NCBI GenBank assembly: GCA_951813575.1
Contig: OX638375.1
Location: 3,805,108 to 3,869,107, forward strand
Source: Candidatus Binatia bacterium
GTDB taxonomy: Bacteria > Desulfobacterota > Binatia > UBA9968 > JAJDTQ01
Direction of reading: 5' to 3'
DNA: 64,000 nt
Notes under the pieces: generated by a model
Databases searched by the model: none
Told to the model about the DNA's origin: nothing
What the model saw: the letters and a program-made list of their open reading frames with translations, nothing else
Translations under genes and position numbers: made by a program
Part shown: piece by piece, positions 1 to 9,092 of the stretch
Numbering within the stretch: the stretch's first letter is position 1
Layout of the letters: the number at the start of each line of letters is the position of its first letter

Positions 1-527
1 GCCCCCATGATCAGCACCCACTCACCCTGCTCGAGCCTGGCGTGATTGAGCAGCAGGTTGATGGCCGTGGGGAAATGGCGCGTGATCACCGAGGCCTCGC
101 CGAAGGACAGGTTGTCCGGGATCGGGAAGACGTTCTCCACCGGCACGGTTACGTACTCCGCGTACCCGCCCCAGCGGTCCAGGCCCAGGTGCTTGCTGCG
201 CGGGCACGAGTCCTCCCGGCCCATCCGGCAGAAGCGGCAGTCGCCGCAACGCATGGAGGCCACCACCGACACGCGCTCGCCGCAACGCGCTTGCGGTACC
301 CCGTCCCCCGTCGCCACGATCACCCCCGCGGGATCGGTGCCGAGCACCACTGGGAACCGGAGGTCGGTACGGTAGCCGCCCTGCCGCACCGAGATGTCCA
401 GCGTCTGATTGACCGAGACGGAATGCACCTCGATCAACACCTCGCCGGCCGCGGGCGACGGGGTGGGAAGCTGCTCCATCCGCAGCACGTCCGCGTCGCC
501 GAACTCCCTCACGGTGACGGCCTTCAT
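1..527 (-). CDS. Zn-dependent alcohol dehydrogenase/MDR family oxidoreductase (runs off window)
   Basis: Manual translation MKAVTVREFGDADVLRMEQLPTPSPAAGEVLIEV..., structural Zn motif CGDCRFCRMGREDSC, GGYAEY, start of Rossmann VLIMG. Confidence 0.85.
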   Translation of the reverse strand, partial: MKAVTVREFGDADVLRMEQLPTPSPAAGEVLIEVHSVSVNQTLDISVRQGGYRTDLRFPVVLGTDPAGVIVATGDGVPQARCGERVSVVASMRCGDCRFCRMGREDSCPRSKHLGLDRWGGYAEYVTVPVENVFPIPDNLSFGEASVITRHFPTAINLLLNHARLEQGEWVLIMG

Positions 528-678
528 GGAAGATCGCATCAGCGGATCCCTCGCTCGCGCATGTCTTGTCCTCCCTTGGCGGCAGGCTGCCGCGGAGGAA
601 TCTACTATGAAACCGCCGGCGGGTGAACCGGGTCCCCTCGTTGACCCCATCGTTGGTGCTGTAGTATTCCCCAACGCC

Positions 679-1863
679 ATGAACATGCAGAGCGGAAACA
701 TCGAAGCGATCCTGGCGGGGTTGGGGTCGGCCGAATTGCTGCTGAAGATGGATTGGGAGGGCTGGCTTGCCATGCCCGCGCCCTACGGCGAGACGGCGTT
801 CGCCAGCCGGGAGGTGACCGCGCGCTACGAGCGCAACGGCTATGCGTGGGATATCCACGGCACGCTTTACACTCCCGAGCGGGAGGCGGACCCCGCCCGC
901 GCCGTGGTGGTGTTCCACGGCGGCGCCGGCAGCGAGCGCATCATGGACACGACCCCGGACGGCCGCCCGGGACTGGCGCGGGTCCTCGCCTCGCAGGGAT
1001 TCAGGACCCTGGCCGTCACCTACCCCGGCCACTACCCGCCGGGCGGCGTGTGGACCGAACCCGTGCCGGAACGCATGCCGGTGTACCTGCTGGACCGGGA
1101 GCTCCCCGTGAAGGAGATCCTGGACCGCAACCTGAAGTGCACGTTCAACACGATCCTGCAGGGTGCCGGGCTGCTGGCCGACACCCACCTGCCGGACCGG
1201 GAGGTGCTCGCCTTCGGCCATTCCACGGGCGGCCCCATGGCGGCGCACCTGCACCGCTTCGTGCGGCGCGCCCGCGTGACCGGGCTCCTGGGTTTCGGCT
1301 CCGGCGGTCCCGACGGCTGGCGCAAGGAATGGCGCGAGCACACCGGCGCGGAGGAGTACAGCGAGATCCCGGTGGAGCAGATCTCCCGCCGGTCGCCGGA
1401 GAGCTTTCGAGCGGCGCGGTACGAGGACCCGGAGGACCTCACCCCATGGGGCGGCCCCGAGGAGTACATGGCGTGGGCCAACCCGAGGCGCTCACAGATG
1501 AAGACCAGCCTGTGCGACAACCAGCACAACGGGGCAGTCGGCATCCTGGACCGTTACGTGGAGCTCACCGGCCTCCCGCGGGAGGAGTACTACGATCACC
1601 TCCAGGACCCCGACCCCGAATGGCTCCGGAACATCGGCGTGCTGCTGGTGGTGGGCGAGAACGACCGGGGCCACTGGATACGGGGCGACCGGCTGGAGGA
1701 CAAGCGCGAGATGTTCATGGGCGCGAAGTACGCCGCAACCGCCCGTGGCGCCCACGTGGTCTTCATTCCCCGCTACGGCCACGTGGGTTACGCCGAGCTG
1801 TACAACGAGAAGATCGCCCACCTGTGGCTGTGGGCCGTGAAGGAAGGGTTCTTCGACCGATAG
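679..1863 (+). CDS. alpha/beta hydrolase fold protein
   Basis: VFHGGAGS oxyanion loop, GHSTGG nucleophile elbow, GENDRGH and C-terminal GHVG; start uncertain. Confidence 0.75.
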   Translation: MNMQSGNIEAILAGLGSAELLLKMDWEGWLAMPAPYGETAFASREVTARYERNGYAWDIHGTLYTPEREADPARAVVVFHGGAGSERIMDTTPDGRPGLARVLASQGFRTLAVTYPGHYPPGGVWTEPVPERMPVYLLDRELPVKEILDRNLKCTFNTILQGAGLLADTHLPDREVLAFGHSTGGPMAAHLHRFVRRARVTGLLGFGSGGPDGWRKEWREHTGAEEYSEIPVEQISRRSPESFRAARYEDPEDLTPWGGPEEYMAWANPRRSQMKTSLCDNQHNGAVGILDRYVELTGLPREEYYDHLQDPDPEWLRNIGVLLVVGENDRGHWIRGDRLEDKREMFMGAKYAATARGAHVVFIPRYGHVGYAELYNEKIAHLWLWAVKEGFFDR

Positions 1864-1873
1864 CGGCGCCTGA

Positions 1874-3004
1874 CTACGCGGTGAGCTTGCGCTGAAGCCA
1901 CGTGGTCAGGACGTTCAGCGCCGGCTCGTTGGACTTGCCCGGGACCCGGCCCATGTGCCCTCCGTCCGGAAAGATGAAGACCTCCTTGGGACTGCCGTGC
2001 TCCAGCAGCAGGTAGAAGTCGTCGATGGGATGCTGGTCGTCGAGCTTGCCGTTGATGAGCAGCAGCGGGGCGCAGGGCTGGTCGATGAGGCCCTGGGTCA
2101 CCAGCGAGAGTTGCGGCGCCAGCTTCAGGATCTCGTCGAGGTCGCGGGTGCGGAAGATGTAGCCGCGGGCGTCCAGCAGGCTGGCCGGTCCCATGAGGTA
2201 CTGCTCCGCCCGTGTGGTCAGCGCGGGTCGCAGCCACTCTTCCTGGAACGTGAGATGCACGCCGCCGCCCCAGTCCACGGCGCCTTTCAGCCGCTTGGCT
2301 TCCACGTGGGCCACCTTGGCGGCCCAGTACCCGCCGAAGCTCCCTCCCATGACCCCGAGGCGCGAGCCGTCCACGTCCGCGCGTGTCTCCAGGTAGTCGA
2401 GGGCCGCGGAGAAGGTGCGCTCCGCCGTCGGATCGGAACCCAGGACGGGACTCTCGCCGACCCCCGGCATGTCGATGGCCATGGTGGCGAGGTCCAGCCG
2501 GTGGAGCGCCTCGCTAGGCCTCCGCCGGTCCTCCTTCCAGCCGTCGACGCCGCCCCAGTGGAGCACCACCGGCGGCCGGTTCGCTTCGCGGGGGACCTGC
2601 AGATAGCAGACGATCGACTTCCCCTCGAAGGGGATCTCCACCCGCTCCACCGGCGGGTCCATGTGCGGCGCCGCCTTGAGGAAGTTCCGGAGCGATGCCT
2701 CGTAGCAGGCCTTCTTCCCGGGCGTCGAGGCCACCGGGTAGCGGCCGATGCGGTAGTAGTCGTAGGCGAGATAGTAGGACTCGCCGCACGCCTGGCCGTT
2801 CTTCTCCTGTTCCTCGCCCAGCGCCTCGTACCGCGCGCCCATGCGGCCCCAGGCCTCAGCCCAGTGGTCGTCCTCGGTGGATTCCAGCCATCCCACCACC
2901 TCGGCGGCGTCGTCCGGTTTGACCCATTCGAAGGGGTTGGCGCGTCCGGCGCGCCGCAGGATCTCGGGTTTCAGTTCTTCGAGGGAACGCATTCCTGATT
3001 TCAT
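1874..3004 (-). CDS. alpha/beta hydrolase (FrsA/DHPON-hydrolase-like)
   Basis: GGVDGWKE, DMPGVGES, GGSFGGYW, GKLDDQ, GGHMG catalytic motifs. Confidence 0.85.
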   Translation of the reverse strand: MKSGMRSLEELKPEILRRAGRANPFEWVKPDDAAEVVGWLESTEDDHWAEAWGRMGARYEALGEEQEKNGQACGESYYLAYDYYRIGRYPVASTPGKKACYEASLRNFLKAAPHMDPPVERVEIPFEGKSIVCYLQVPREANRPPVVLHWGGVDGWKEDRRRPSEALHRLDLATMAIDMPGVGESPVLGSDPTAERTFSAALDYLETRADVDGSRLGVMGGSFGGYWAAKVAHVEAKRLKGAVDWGGGVHLTFQEEWLRPALTTRAEQYLMGPASLLDARGYIFRTRDLDEILKLAPQLSLVTQGLIDQPCAPLLLINGKLDDQHPIDDFYLLLEHGSPKEVFIFPDGGHMGRVPGKSNEPALNVLTTWLQRKLTA

Positions 3005-3140
3005 TACGGCCTCCGTGCGTCTTTCCCCTACGTCTAATGCAGAGGTTGACCGCCGTCAATGAGAACGGCTATAGCCCAAGCGGCGCAAGGAATCGCGACA
3101 GGCTGCGTCGCACGGAACAGCAGTATCCGGGAGGCATACC

Positions 3141-4112
3141 ATGACGGAACGAAGAGTCGGCATCGAGGTTCCCGGGTCCGATGTCCACGAGGTGCTGGAT
3201 GACATCCGCCAGGCTGAAACCCTGGGCATCCAGGCAGCGTGGTTGACCACCGGCGGCCCCAGGACCGCCGACAACAACATCCGCCGCGACACCCCGAGCA
3301 TCCTGGCCGCGGCGGCCATGTCCACCCGGACCATCCGACTGGGCACCGCCATCGTCCTGACCTGGCCCCGCCACCCCCTTTCCTTCGTCGAGTACTGCGA
3401 GGCCATGGCGCAGCTCGCTCCGGGCCGGTTCCGCCTGGGCGTGGGTCCCGGCAACAAGGCGCCCATCGAACGTACCTACGGGTTCGCGTTCGAGCGTCCG
3501 TTGGCTCACCTCACCGAGTACGTGCGGATCGTGCGGGCGGTGCTGCGCGAGGGCGCGGTGGATTTCGAGGGTCGCTACTACCGCGCCCAGACCGCGGACA
3601 ACGAGCCGGTGGACGTGCCGGTCATGATCTCGGCCGTGCGGCCGAAGTCCTTCGAGCTGGCCGGCCGGTTCACGGACGGCGCCATAAGCTGGTTGTGTCC
3701 CGGCAGCTACCTGCGGGACTTCGCCTTGCCGGCCATGGCCGCCGGCGCGGAGAAGGGCGGACAGCCGGCACCCCCGCTCATCGCACACGTGGGACTCAGC
3801 GTCCACGGGGACTGGGACGAAGTCGAAGCGGTGGCAAGAGAGCGTTTCGACTCGTACATGCGGCGGGACCCTTACGTGGAGATGTACCGCCTCGCCGGCT
3901 TTACGGAAGCGGCGAAGCGCGTCTGGAGCACTCCGATGTTGAAGGCGCTGGTGATCTCCGGCGACGAAGCGGATGCGGAGAGGCGGTTGCGGGAGCTCTT
4001 CTCCTTCGGCGCCGCAGAGCTCATGGTCAGCGTGATTCCCGCCGGCAGCGACCCGGACGCCAGCCGGCGGCGGACCCTGCGGTTCCTCGGCGAGTTCGCG
4101 CGGACCCTGTGA
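3141..4112 (+). CDS. LLM class flavin/F420-dependent oxidoreductase
   Basis: TRTIRLGTAI, PGRFRLGVGPG, FEGRYY, LAGRFTDG luciferase-like motifs. Confidence 0.9.
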   Translation: MTERRVGIEVPGSDVHEVLDDIRQAETLGIQAAWLTTGGPRTADNNIRRDTPSILAAAAMSTRTIRLGTAIVLTWPRHPLSFVEYCEAMAQLAPGRFRLGVGPGNKAPIERTYGFAFERPLAHLTEYVRIVRAVLREGAVDFEGRYYRAQTADNEPVDVPVMISAVRPKSFELAGRFTDGAISWLCPGSYLRDFALPAMAAGAEKGGQPAPPLIAHVGLSVHGDWDEVEAVARERFDSYMRRDPYVEMYRLAGFTEAAKRVWSTPMLKALVISGDEADAERRLRELFSFGAAELMVSVIPAGSDPDASRRRTLRFLGEFARTL

Positions 4113-4133
4113 ACCGCACGCGCGAACATCCTC

Positions 4134-4973
4134 CTACACCCCCGGACAGGTGGCGGTGACGCCGCCGTCCACGGGCAGCATCACGCCGGTGATATAGTCG
4201 GCGTCGTCCGAGGCCAGGAACAGCGCGGCCTTCGCCACGTCCCAGGCGGTGCCGCCGCGGCCCAGGGGGACGATGGCGTCACGGGCCTGGCGGTACTCCT
4301 CCGCCGAAGTGAAACCCTTGTGCTCGTAGCTGGGCTTCCCCGCTACCAGCCGTCGTGTGAACGGCGTGTCGATGTAGCCGGGAAGCACGCAGTTGGCCCG
4401 GATGTGCCTGTCGGCGTATTGCAGCGCCAGGTTCTGCGTGAACTGGTTGACGGCGCCCTTGGCTGCGGAGTAGGAGGCCGTGGGCACGTTGACGTGGCGC
4501 ATGCTGGCGATGGACGAGATGTTGACGATGGCGCCGCCGCCCTGGCGGATCATGATGGGAATGACCGCTTTGCACGTGAGCAGCACGGAGGTCACGTTGC
4601 GGGCCAGCACCGCGTCCCAGTCGTCACGCTCGATGTCCAGGACCCAGCGACCGGGGCCCTGGCCGCCCACGTTGTTGTGAAGGATGTCGATCCGTCCGAA
4701 GGCGTCCATGCAGGCATCGACCATGGCCTTGACCTCGGTCTCCGAGGTCACGTCCGCGGCGAACGCGGCGCACACGCCGCCTTCTTCCTCGATGATGGCC
4801 CTGGTCTCCTCCGCCGCTTCCGTACGGTAGTCCACCGCGAACACCTTGGCCCCCTCACGGGCGTAGAGCACGGCCGCGGCCTTGCCGTTGCCCCATCCGG
4901 GCTCGATGGACCCGGCGCCGGCCACCAGCGCCACCTTGCCCTTGACCCGCTCGCCTCTCTCGATCGCTTCCAT
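4134..4973 (-). CDS. SDR family oxidoreductase
   Basis: AGAGS..GNG, NNVG, YSAAK, PGYIDT, VDGG. Confidence 0.93.
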   Translation of the reverse strand: MEAIERGERVKGKVALVAGAGSIEPGWGNGKAAAVLYAREGAKVFAVDYRTEAAEETRAIIEEEGGVCAAFAADVTSETEVKAMVDACMDAFGRIDILHNNVGGQGPGRWVLDIERDDWDAVLARNVTSVLLTCKAVIPIMIRQGGGAIVNISSIASMRHVNVPTASYSAAKGAVNQFTQNLALQYADRHIRANCVLPGYIDTPFTRRLVAGKPSYEHKGFTSAEEYRQARDAIVPLGRGGTAWDVAKAALFLASDDADYITGVMLPVDGGVTATCPGV

Positions 4974-5053
4974 TCGTCGTGCCTCCGTCCGTTTCGAGTC
5001 GTGGAGATTCCATGTATCCGAGTCCCGATCTCGGCGGGGCCCGGAATCGGGAG

Positions 5054-5488
5054 TCAGATATAGTACATGTGCGGCCGGTCTTCAGGCTCACAGATATCGG
5101 CGAGGGTGATCCCGTCGAGGACCTCTTCCATGGCGGCGTTGGCCCTTCGCCAGGTCTCCAGCACCTTCCGGGCCGCAACCGAATCGGCCGTGTACTTGCG
5201 CAGGTTTTCCTCCGGTCCGGTCACCGGGCCGCTCAAGACCTCCACCACCTCTTTCAGCAGGATCTGATCCGGCGCGCGCGTCAGGTAGTATCCCCCGCCG
5301 GGTCCCCGGTTGGCGCGAACGAGGTCCGCCTGCTTCAGCGAGATCATGATCTGGCCCAGGAACTCCTCGGGAATCGCCTTCCTGGCCGCGATCTCCTTCA
5401 CCTGAATCGGCGTCTTCGCGTCCCACAACCGGACCAGTTCCTCCAGCGCCAGAATGCCGTAAGTTCCTCGAGAGCTAATCTTCATCAT
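5054..5488 (-). CDS. Rrf2 family transcriptional regulator, CymR-like
   Basis: MKISSRGTYG, RGPGGGYYL; lacks three-Cys Fe-S motif; C-terminal MYYI. Confidence 0.88.
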   Translation of the reverse strand: MMKISSRGTYGILALEELVRLWDAKTPIQVKEIAARKAIPEEFLGQIMISLKQADLVRANRGPGGGYYLTRAPDQILLKEVVEVLSGPVTGPEENLRKYTADSVAARKVLETWRRANAAMEEVLDGITLADICEPEDRPHMYYI

Positions 5489-5506
5489 GGTACCGTTGGG
5501 TCAAAC

Positions 5507-7432
5507 CTACGCCGGAACCTCGATTTCGTCCAGGGCTTCCGGGTTGGCCAACGCCTCGCGGTTCCGGACCGGCCGGCGGTTGAGGATGGCCGACACGGCG
5601 TTCTCCACCTTCTTCCCGTTGCGTGTAACCGGCACCTGGCTGATCCGCTGCACCAGGGCCGGCACGTGGCGGGGCGTGGCCTGGGCCCGGATGGCCGAGC
5701 GGATGGCGTCGGCGGTTTCCGTGTCCAGGGCCTGGTCGAGCACCACGAATAGCGCCACCCGGGTCTCGCCCTCCCGCAGGTAGCTGGCGACGATGCTGTC
5801 CTGGACGAACGGCAGCCGCTCGACGATGCGGTAGATCTCCGCGGTGCCGAACCGGATCCCCGCGGGGTTGAGCGTCGTGTCGCTGCGTCCGTAGATCACG
5901 AAACCCCGCTCCGGCGTGACTTCGACATAGTCGCCGTGACGCCACACGTCCGCATAGGTGTCGAAGTAGGTCTCCCGGTAACGTGTGTCCCCGGAGTCGT
6001 TCCAGAAGCCCAGGGGCATGGAGGGAAAGGGTTTCCGGCACACCAGCTCGCCCTGCTCGCCCGCCACCGGCCGCCCCCGCTCATCGAAGACCGCGACATC
6101 CACGCCCAGGGCCGGGCCCTGGATCTGGCCGGGGTATACCGGCGACAGCGGGTTCCCGAGGACGAAGCATCCGACGATGTCCGTGCCGCCCGAAATGGAG
6201 CAGATCTGCACGCCGGGCCGGATGGCTTCGTCGACGTAGTGGAACTGGGAGGCCTCCAGCGGCGCGCCGGTGGAGAGCACCGTGCGCATTCCGGCGAGCC
6301 CGTACTTGCCGGCGGCCCGGAACCCGGCCTTCTCCAGGGTGGAGAGAAGCTTCGGGCTGGTGCCGAACACGGTGATGCCGTGGTCCTCGGCGAGCCGGAA
6401 CAGCCTGTCTTCGCGCGGGTAGGCCGGGCTGCCGTCGTACAGGACCACGGTGGCGCCCTGGGCCAGTGCGCTCACCAGCCAGTGCCACATCATCCAGCCG
6501 CAGGTGGTGAAGAAGAAGACCGTGTCGTCCCGGTCCACGTCGGTATGGAGCTTGTGCTCCACGTGATGCTTGAGGGCGGTGCCGCCGGCGCCGTGGACGA
6601 TGCACTTGGGTAGTCCCGTGGTGCCGGAGGTGTAGAGGATATAGACCGGGTGGTCGAAGGGGAGATCGGTGAAGGTGAGCTCCCCGGCGTCGTCGGCGAG
6701 GAACGAGTCCCACGCCACCGCGCCCGCGGGCAGGGCCTGTTGCGTGTCCGCGACGACGACCCACAGCTCCAGGCTTGGCAGCGAGTCCGCCAGCCGCCGG
6801 GCCTTCTCCATGCAGTCGTGGTGCCGGCCGTTGTAGAAGTAGCCGTCGACGGACAGCAGCACCTTGGGGTCTATCTGCCGGAACCGGTCGAATGCGCCCT
6901 GGTAGCCGAAGTCCGGCGAAGTGGCGCTCCAAACCCCGCCCAAAGAGGTCGTCGCCAGCATCGCCACCACGGTTTCGAGGGCGTTGGGCAGGTACCCCGC
7001 GACGCGGTCGCCGGGCTCGATGCCCACGCTCCGAAGGGCGGCCTGGCAGCGGGCCGTGAGCGCACGCAGTTCCCCGAAGGTGACCGTGCGGCATTGTCCG
7101 TTCTCGTTCTCTTCGATGATGGCGACACGGTCGTCGCGGTGCCGGAGAAGCTGCCGGGCGAAGTTGAACCGGTTGCCGGGGAACCACACTTCGCGGCCCA
7201 ACCGCCCGGCCGGGGGCATGGCGCTGTCCGCCAGCACCGCCCCGGCCGGCGGCCGGCCCGTGGCGTCCAGCCACGCCGCTTCCCAGAAGGCCTCCAGTCG
7301 CGACACGCTCCATTGATGCAGCGAGTGGAAGGAGTCGCCGGCGATATCGTGGCCGGCGCGCAACCGTTCACGGAACCGGTAAAGGTGGGATTCCCGGAGC
7401 TGCCGTTCCGTGGGCGACCAGAGGGGCGTCAT
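5507..7432 (-). CDS. acetoacetate--CoA ligase
   Basis: YTSGTTGLPKCIVHG, FTTCGWMMW, SISGGTD, WRHGD, GRSDTTLNP, NPEAL. Confidence 0.93.
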   Translation of the reverse strand: MTPLWSPTERQLRESHLYRFRERLRAGHDIAGDSFHSLHQWSVSRLEAFWEAAWLDATGRPPAGAVLADSAMPPAGRLGREVWFPGNRFNFARQLLRHRDDRVAIIEENENGQCRTVTFGELRALTARCQAALRSVGIEPGDRVAGYLPNALETVVAMLATTSLGGVWSATSPDFGYQGAFDRFRQIDPKVLLSVDGYFYNGRHHDCMEKARRLADSLPSLELWVVVADTQQALPAGAVAWDSFLADDAGELTFTDLPFDHPVYILYTSGTTGLPKCIVHGAGGTALKHHVEHKLHTDVDRDDTVFFFTTCGWMMWHWLVSALAQGATVVLYDGSPAYPREDRLFRLAEDHGITVFGTSPKLLSTLEKAGFRAAGKYGLAGMRTVLSTGAPLEASQFHYVDEAIRPGVQICSISGGTDIVGCFVLGNPLSPVYPGQIQGPALGVDVAVFDERGRPVAGEQGELVCRKPFPSMPLGFWNDSGDTRYRETYFDTYADVWRHGDYVEVTPERGFVIYGRSDTTLNPAGIRFGTAEIYRIVERLPFVQDSIVASYLREGETRVALFVVLDQALDTETADAIRSAIRAQATPRHVPALVQRISQVPVTRNGKKVENAVSAILNRRPVRNREALANPEALDEIEVPA

Positions 7433-7456
7433 GCTTCACCTCCCGTGCGGGGCCGG

Positions 7457-8140
7457 TCAGGACCCCGGGCGAGGCTCCCGTTTTCCGGCGGCGTGGTCGG
7501 CCTCGGCGAACGGGCAGAGGCGGTTCTTCATGACGATGGCGCGGTTGGGCCCGTCGAAGCCGGTCCTGAAGTCGAAATTGAGGTGCATCACCGATTCGGG
7601 ATCGTCGGTGTGGACGGCTCCGAGGAGGTGTCCCACTTCGTGGATCAACGCCAGCGCGTCGTGGTTCAGCTCGTCTCCGTGGCTAAAGGTCTCGCCGACG
7701 TGGCTCACGATGTAGTTTCCCAGTCCCTCGGTGCAGTTGCCCAGGCGGTCCGCCCGGGCGCGGCCGCCGCGGTAGAAGTTGAGCGGCTGCTGGGTCAACC
7801 CGATGACGACGTCATGGGGCTGGTCGCCGCCCGCCCTGGGATAGGAACGCTTGAGGCTTTTCATCAACGTTACCGAGGAGGTTGTGGTCCCCTCCACGCG
7901 CCAGGCCTCCGTAGCCTGGCGCACCAGCCGGATCCCGAACCGTTCCTCGTAGTAGTCGGACGCCGCCCGCAGCAGATCCCTGGCGGTTTCGCGCCAGAGC
8001 GGGTCGTTTCCTCGCCAGATCGGATCGGCCACCACCTTGACCCGGACCACCCGGATGGACCTGTCCGTTTGCCGGGCGGTGCACCCCGCCAGCACCAGGC
8101 TGCTAAAGACGAACCAGATTATCAGGCGGCGCGTCGTCAT
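7457..8140 (-). CDS. metzincin (M12/matrixin-like) lipoprotein peptidase
   Basis: LAGC lipobox; HEVGHLLGAVH zinc motif followed by Met-turn SVM. Confidence 0.8.
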   Translation of the reverse strand: MTTRRLIIWFVFSSLVLAGCTARQTDRSIRVVRVKVVADPIWRGNDPLWRETARDLLRAASDYYEERFGIRLVRQATEAWRVEGTTTSSVTLMKSLKRSYPRAGGDQPHDVVIGLTQQPLNFYRGGRARADRLGNCTEGLGNYIVSHVGETFSHGDELNHDALALIHEVGHLLGAVHTDDPESVMHLNFDFRTGFDGPNRAIVMKNRLCPFAEADHAAGKREPRPGS

Positions 8141-9068
8141 CGGTAAGAGGCTTGACATCGTCCTGATCCAGGGGGCCTGTGTAGTAGCACCTCCGGATCT
8201 TGCTGACGGGGTCGGGGAAGAGGTCCCGGCCGAGGCGGATCGCCCGCCGTTCCATCTCCTTCATGCTCATGCGCTCCGCCGCCTTGCTGGCCAGCACCAC
8301 GACGTTCTGGATCTCGCTCAGGACGTGGCCGCGGTTGCCGAACGTGGGAAAGGTGTAGACCTGCGGGAACAAGCCCGCGAGGGTCTTGATGGCGGCTCGG
8401 ATGAGCTTGCTCTCGGGTCCCCGGAGCGCGCCGATGAGATTGATCACGAGCACGCCCTCGGGCGTCATCTTGTCCCGGGCGGTGTCGAAGAACTCGCGCG
8501 TGGCCAGGTGAAAGGGCATGTTGTCGGCGTAGTAGGCGTCCAGCAGGACCAGGTCGAAACGGTCGTCCGTGCGCGCCAGGTACTCGCGGCCGTCGCCGCC
8601 GTGGACCCGCTGAAGCGCGTCCTCCCGGAAGTGGAAGAATTCCCGCGCGACCTCCACCACGTCGGGATCGATCTCGATGGAGTCGATCGCCATCGCCGGG
8701 AACTCCTTGTGGTACTTCTTGGCCATGGATGCGCCGCCGAGCCCGATGATCAACGCCTTGGCGGCGTCCGGCCTGAGCACCAGCCCCAGGGAGGCGAAGC
8801 GGGAGTAGAGCAGTTCCAGAGCGAAGGGGTCGCGCCGGTCCATGGAGCTCTGCAGGGTGCCGTCGAAATAGAGGTAGCGGCGTTCCCGGGTCTCTTCCAC
8901 CCGGATTCGGTGGTGGCCGGTATCCTTCTCGTACAGGGTCTTGGCCCATGCGCGCCCCAGCGGCGCCAGCACCGCGGACTTCATGGCTCCCGGCAGCGCC
9001 GCCACCGATTGCCGGAGCCTCCCCCGGCCGTCCGCGATCCAGCCTGCGAGGCGTTGTACCGAGTTCAT
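8103..9068 (-). CDS. spermidine synthase-like SAM-binding protein
   Basis: LIIGLGGA, EIDPDVV, GDGREY, DLVLLDAY, PFHLATREFF, LTDDDAP. Confidence 0.85.
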   Translation of the reverse strand: MNSVQRLAGWIADGRGRLRQSVAALPGAMKSAVLAPLGRAWAKTLYEKDTGHHRIRVEETRERRYLYFDGTLQSSMDRRDPFALELLYSRFASLGLVLRPDAAKALIIGLGGASMAKKYHKEFPAMAIDSIEIDPDVVEVAREFFHFREDALQRVHGGDGREYLARTDDRFDLVLLDAYYADNMPFHLATREFFDTARDKMTPEGVLVINLIGALRGPESKLIRAAIKTLAGLFPQVYTFPTFGNRGHVLSEIQNVVVLASKAAERMSMKEMERRAIRLGRDLFPDPVSKIRRCYYTGPLDQDDVKPLTDDDAPPDNLVRL

Positions 9069-9092
9069 GCGCCCCGCCCGCCGGCAGCGCCG

